The notes under the pieces are model-generated. The model made no database searches and was not told where the DNA came from. It saw nothing but the letters and a program-made list of their open reading frames with translations. 31,206 nt of DNA. Origin: Betaproteobacteria bacterium. Its GTDB lineage: Bacteria; Pseudomonadota; Gammaproteobacteria; Burkholderiales; Burkholderiaceae_E. A program made the position numbers and the translations under genes. Below are positions 27,220 through 31,206 of this stretch, piece by piece. Each line of letters opens with the position of its first letter. The stretch's first letter is position 1. The DNA lies in the NCBI GenBank assembly GCA_009925965.1, contig RFPW01000001.1, forward strand, positions 1 to 31,206, in the 5' to 3' direction.

Positions 27220-28416
27220 TCATTCGAAGGGGGAAGGACCGATCAGGCGCTGAACTTCCCACGCCCCATCCCTGAAAACCAACTCACGGTCAAACCGGTA
27301 TTCTTCCTGTTCGGTGGTCGACCCGACCACTTGTACAACGATTTCGCCAGCGGTGCGCAATTCAACAATCGCCGAAGCAAGCGCGGGGTCATCCAGCCAG
27401 GGGGCGCGGACGGCTGAACTGGGTTTGACGGTTTCAGCAAGCGCAGCGAGAGCGGCGAGGTCGCGAAGTTCAAGTGAAAACCCCGTCGCTGGTCGACCGC
27501 GACCAAACACAGCCCCGATATTGTCATATCGTCCGCCTCGCGCGATAGATCCCGAGCGTCCGGTGACGTAAGCGGCGAAGGTGATTCCCGTGTGGTAACG
27601 GTAGCCGCGCAGATCTCCGAGGTCAATGGTGAGGGATGCCCCGACACTGCGGGCCAGCAAAGGGGACTGAACCAGACGCTCGAGTTCATCCAGAGCCTGC
27701 TGAACAGCGGCCACCTTGGGTAACAAAGCGCGTGCACGTGACAGCACATCTGCAGGATCCGAGCCATAGAGCGTTGGCAGGGCAAGCAGCGCGGAATGTA
27801 CCTCCAGTGCCAGTCCAGGCAATTGGCTTAGGACAGCCGACAAGCCGGGCAAATCTTTACGCTGGAAGAACGGGAACAGGACTTCTTCGTCGAGTCGGGC
27901 GTCCAGAGCGAGCATGGCCCGAACCAGCCCAAGGTGACACAGATCGACTCTGACCGTCTGCACGCCGCCCCGGCGCAGTGAGGCGAGCATGAGGTCAATC
28001 ACTTCAAGGTCGGCCTCAAGTCCTTCGTGTCCGTAAATTTCGGCACCGACCTGGATTGGTTCACGCGTCGAACCAAGATTGCCCGGACGGGCGTGCAGGA
28101 CACTCCCACAATAGGCCAGACGGACTACTCCCTGCCGGTCAAGGCGCTGCGCATCGATGCGAGCGACCTGAGGCGTCATATCGGGGCGCAGGCCCAATGT
28201 CCGCCCGGAGAGTTGGTCGACGAGTTTGAACGTGCGCAGGTCGAGGTCACTACCGCGTCCAATCGCGAGCGAATCCAGATGCTCGACCAAAGGAGGCTGA
28301 ACCAGCTCGTAACCATAGGACCGAGCCAGATCAAGCAAATGACGACGCAACTCTTCTAGCTGGCGCGCTTCGGTCGGCAGCACATCGGAGAAGGCTTCAG
28401 GCAACAGCCAGCGCAT
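27220..28416 (-). CDS. hisZ: ATP phosphoribosyltransferase regulatory subunit
   Basis: WLLPE...DVLP.EAR, FKLVDQLSGRTLGLRPDMTPQVARID, REPIQVGAEIYG, DLRGYRYHTG, GGRYD; HisRS-like fold upstream of purA. Confidence 0.93.
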   Translation of the reverse strand: MRWLLPEAFSDVLPTEARQLEELRRHLLDLARSYGYELVQPPLVEHLDSLAIGRGSDLDLRTFKLVDQLSGRTLGLRPDMTPQVARIDAQRLDRQGVVRLAYCGSVLHARPGNLGSTREPIQVGAEIYGHEGLEADLEVIDLMLASLRRGGVQTVRVDLCHLGLVRAMLALDARLDEEVLFPFFQRKDLPGLSAVLSQLPGLALEVHSALLALPTLYGSDPADVLSRARALLPKVAAVQQALDELERLVQSPLLARSVGASLTIDLGDLRGYRYHTGITFAAYVTGRSGSIARGGRYDNIGAVFGRGRPATGFSLELRDLAALAALAETVKPSSAVRAPWLDDPALASAIVELRTAGEIVVQVVGSTTEQEEYRFDRELVFRDGAWEVQRLIGPSPFE

Positions 28417-28443
28417 TATAGAAACATCACAGGAATGGATTGC

Positions 28444-28620
28444 TCAGCCAAACGCGACGAGCAGTCCTCCTACGACAATACCACCGAGCCCGATAAATCG
28501 AATCTGCCCATCCTGCATCTGGGCGATTCGTAGCATGGTTTCGCGCCACATCTTCGGTGCTAAAAAGGGCAACGCACCTTCAAGCAACAAAACCATCCCG
28601 GCAATCGCCAAAATCGACAT
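28444..28620 (-). CDS. yjeT: DUF2065 (YjeT-like) small membrane protein, 58 aa, absent from the ORF track
   Basis: ATG 28620 (TGATG overlap with the hflC stop) to TGA 28444-28446: MSILAIAGMVLLLEGALPFLAPKMWRETMLRIAQMQDGQIRFIGLGGIVVGGLLVAFG*. Has the LxxEG.LPF..P..WR and GQIRF.GL motifs in the usual hflC-downstream position. Confidence 0.88.
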   Translation of the reverse strand: MSILAIAGMVLLLEGALPFLAPKMWRETMLRIAQMQDGQIRFIGLGGIVVGGLLVAFG

Positions 28621-29534
28621 CAGCGACGTGCCGCCGACCCCGCACTGGCTGGCTCTGCGGCGTTCGCTCGGCCGCCACTGGAGCGGAAGTAACGGAAAAA
28701 ATCGGACGAAGGATCGAGCACCATGACGTCGGATCGGTTGCGGAAGGAAGCTCTGTAAGCTTCAAGTGATCGATAAAACTGTGCGAACTGAGGGTCCTGA
28801 CCAAAGGACTTGGCATAGATCGCCGACGCCGTTCCGTCACCCTCCCCTTTGGTTGCCTGCGCGTCGCGATAGGCCTCGGCGAGAATCACCTCACGCTGGC
28901 GATCGGCGTCGGCGCGGATTTTTTCGCTTTCTGCTGACCCCGTCGCCCGACGTTCGTTTGCGACCCGCTTCCGTTCCGCCTGCATACGGTCGAAAACGCG
29001 CTCGCTGACTTCGGGTGCAAAATCGACCCGCTTCATCCGCACGTCAATGATCTCGGCGCCGATCTGTTTGGCATCTTCGGCCACCTTGCTTCGAACGCTC
29101 GCCATCATGAGCTCGCGTTCACCCGAAATCATGTCGGAAACAGTGCGTTTAGCGATCTCATTGTTCATGGCGTCGCGAACACTGCGCGAGATCCGGTCAG
29201 CGCCGATCAGTTCGCTACCACCCACCGAAACCACGAATTTTTTTGGATCGGCAATCCGCCATTTGACAAAGGAATCCACCTGGACGTTCAGTTTTTCACT
29301 CGTGATAAACCGATCGACGTCGGCCGTGTCGATCGTGAGAATGCGCTTGTCAAAATACGTGATGCTCTGGATCAGAGGGACCTTCACATAGAGGCCCGGT
29401 TGATCAATCACGCGACGGATTTCTCCGATTTGACGAACCACCGCGTACTCGCGCTGGTCAACCATAAACAAGCTGGCGCTACCCACCACAAACAGGGTCA
29501 GAACGGCCAAGGCTCCAAACAAAATTCGCTGCAT
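28620..29534 (-). CDS. hflC: FtsH modulator HflC (SPFH domain)
   Basis: N-terminal TM, PGLYVKVPLIQ, DKRILTID, VDSFVKWRI.DP, RM.AERKRVAN..R..G, FYRSLEAYRASF. Confidence 0.96.
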   Translation of the reverse strand: MQRILFGALAVLTLFVVGSASLFMVDQREYAVVRQIGEIRRVIDQPGLYVKVPLIQSITYFDKRILTIDTADVDRFITSEKLNVQVDSFVKWRIADPKKFVVSVGGSELIGADRISRSVRDAMNNEIAKRTVSDMISGERELMMASVRSKVAEDAKQIGAEIIDVRMKRVDFAPEVSERVFDRMQAERKRVANERRATGSAESEKIRADADRQREVILAEAYRDAQATKGEGDGTASAIYAKSFGQDPQFAQFYRSLEAYRASFRNRSDVMVLDPSSDFFRYFRSSGGRANAAEPASAGSAARR

Positions 29535-29551
29535 GTCAGTGCTCCAGCCGA

Positions 29552-30865
29552 TTACGGTCGCTCGCGGTTACGCAGATTTTCGCGCGGATCGACTCTGGGT
29601 CGTGATTCGGTCTCGTTGGATGCCGGGGTGCCCGCTGGCGCAGCGGGTGTGCCGCCACTAGAAGCTGCAGGTGGGAAAGTCCCATTGCCGCTAGCCGACG
29701 AGGAAGGCCCCGACCCAGACCCTGCGCCGACCTGCTGAATCAGCTTGTCGAGCGGGAGATAGAGGAGATTGTTAGCACTGCGGGAGTCCACATACACCTT
29801 GCTGGTGTTCTGGAATACTTGCTGCATGGTGTCAAGGTAGAGACGATCACGCGTGACCTGCGGCGCCTTTGCATACTCTTTGAGCACAGACTCAAACCGG
29901 CTCGCGTCACCGGTTGCCACGGCAATAACACGCTGCTTGTGTCCATCCGCTTCCTGCAAAAGGCGCGCTGCAGTGCCTCGGGCCTTCGGGATTACGTCAT
30001 TCGCGTAAGCACGGCCTTCGTTGATGAGGCGCTCGCGATCTTGCGCGGCCTTGTTTGCGTCTTCAAATGCGGTCTGTACCTGCTCTGGGGGTTGAACCTG
30101 CTGGACCGTCACGTCCACGACCGACACGCCCGCCTTGTAAAGATCCAGGACGTCCTGCATCAGCTTCTGGGCGATCTTGGCAACCTGCTCCTTTTCTTCG
30201 TAGAGCACCTGGTCGATCTGACGGCGACCGACTGTTTCGCGCATCGCAGTCTCGGCGCTCTGCCGGATGAGTTCCTCGGGCTGAGGACCGGGGTTGTTGT
30301 TAAACAGCCAGGCTTTAGGATCGACGATTCGGTATTGCACTGCGTATTGCATGTCAACGATGCTCTGATCACCGGTCAGGATCAGCGACTCTTTAAGCAC
30401 CTTGTTCTTGACGTTGCTGCGGTAACCAACTTCGAGCTGACGCAGTTGCTGCACGTTGACCAGCTCGTGCGTCTCGACCGGCGATGGAAAGCGCCACGTG
30501 AAACCGGCCCGGCTGTTGAGTTCACGGAACTCACCAAAACGCATGACAACCGCGGCTTGCCCCTCCTGGACGATGTAGAACCCGCTACCGAGCCACAACA
30601 AAACCGACGCGCCCAGGAGAACGCCGAGGCCGATGCCGACATTCAGGTTCGACCCAAAAGGGTTGCCAAACGGTGTCCCAGGTCGGTTGCCACCGCTGTT
30701 GCCGGAGTCTCCGCCGCCGCCAAAAAGCGACGAAAGACGCCGATTGAAATCGCGCCAGAGTTCGTCGAGGTCGGGTGGGCCGTCATTCTTCGGCCGACGT
30801 GAACCTTGATCACTGTCAGATTTTTGGCCGGCATTGCGGCCCCAATTCGGGTCATTCAGGCTCAT
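29552..30865 (-). CDS. hflK: FtsH modulator HflK (SPFH domain)
   Basis: MSLNDPNWG..., GPPDLDELWRDFNRRL, WLGSGFYIVQEG, VQPPEQVQ.AFED..KA.QD.ER..NEG.AYAN, AP.VTR.RLYLDTM. Confidence 0.96.
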   Translation of the reverse strand: MSLNDPNWGRNAGQKSDSDQGSRRPKNDGPPDLDELWRDFNRRLSSLFGGGGDSGNSGGNRPGTPFGNPFGSNLNVGIGLGVLLGASVLLWLGSGFYIVQEGQAAVVMRFGEFRELNSRAGFTWRFPSPVETHELVNVQQLRQLEVGYRSNVKNKVLKESLILTGDQSIVDMQYAVQYRIVDPKAWLFNNNPGPQPEELIRQSAETAMRETVGRRQIDQVLYEEKEQVAKIAQKLMQDVLDLYKAGVSVVDVTVQQVQPPEQVQTAFEDANKAAQDRERLINEGRAYANDVIPKARGTAARLLQEADGHKQRVIAVATGDASRFESVLKEYAKAPQVTRDRLYLDTMQQVFQNTSKVYVDSRSANNLLYLPLDKLIQQVGAGSGSGPSSSASGNGTFPPAASSGGTPAAPAGTPASNETESRPRVDPRENLRNRERP

Positions 30866-31206
30866 AGGGCCGTTGTCCAGTCGGGAGGATCCAACGAGGC
30901 AGGTTTGTTGCCAAGCCCTGGGATCAGGATCGGTTCTTTGGGGTCTTGAAGGTCGCCGTCGAAGTCGGCGCCGGACAGCTGGCCACGGCTCAATTCGGCC
31001 AATGCAACCCGCAAACCATCCAGGCCCGAACCCGTACGGGCACTGACAAAAACGCGACGGATCGTACCACGGTCGTCCCGCTCAACGCCCGGCGCCGTAT
31101 GAGTCTCATCGATCTTGTTGCAAATGACGAGCAACGGCACCTCCGCGGCACCGATCTCGGCCAATACCCGATCCACTTCGGCGGACTGTTCGTCACGCTC
31201 GGGCGA
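30862..31206 (-). CDS. hflX: GTPase HflX, C-terminal part (5' end beyond the window)
   Basis: V..VLAEIGA..VP.L.ICNKID (G4) and VFVSARTG.GL (G5); ATGA overlap with hflK. Confidence 0.92.
   Translation of the reverse strand, partial: SPERDEQSAEVDRVLAEIGAAEVPLLVICNKIDETHTAPGVERDDRGTIRRVFVSARTGSGLDGLRVALAELSRGQLSGADFDGDLQDPKEPILIPGLGNKPASLDPPDWTTAL

Noticed and set aside
29819-30802. 327-aa plus-strand ORF
   Set aside because: Antisense shadow of hflK in high-GC DNA; no motifs.

Overview
Mostly core-genome DNA of a betaproteobacterium (Burkholderiales-like, inferred from the hflX-hflK-hflC-DUF2065-hisZ-purA and tRNA-Leu/rnr/rlmB synteny). From left to right: (1) a decayed mobile-element edge at 1-1100 with the C-terminus of a tyrosine recombinase, a cupin pseudogene with three in-frame stops and a second, truncated integrase; (2) a frameshifted K+-independent H+-pyrophosphatase (hppA) tail-to-tail with soluble ppa; (3) hemY-hemX-hemD-hemC, an AlgZ/AlgR-like two-component pair and argH; (4) a TRAP transporter with dctP convergent on dctQM; (5) an accessory sigma54 module at about 15.4-19.05 kb; (6) rlmB, rnr and tRNA-Leu(CAG), followed by a compositionally mosaic four-gene islet (membrane protein, PaaI thioesterase, haloacid dehalogenase, crotonase); (7) a phosphoribosyltransferase, purA, hisZ, DUF2065, hflC, hflK and partial hflX. 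The sigma54 module is the most interesting part. It holds an out-of-locus rpoN, a divergent enhancer-binding protein with an intact AAA+ core but a pseudo-receiver and a degenerate HTH, two copies of a variant -24/-12 motif (GGGAAYGCCNNTTGCTC) upstream of rpoN and of a DUF883/ElaB-like gene, and a structured non-coding region with an 11-bp-periodic CA/GU-rich array resembling an sRNA seed. No rRNA, CRISPR array or intact transposase was seen. All family calls come from motifs read by eye; no database search was run.
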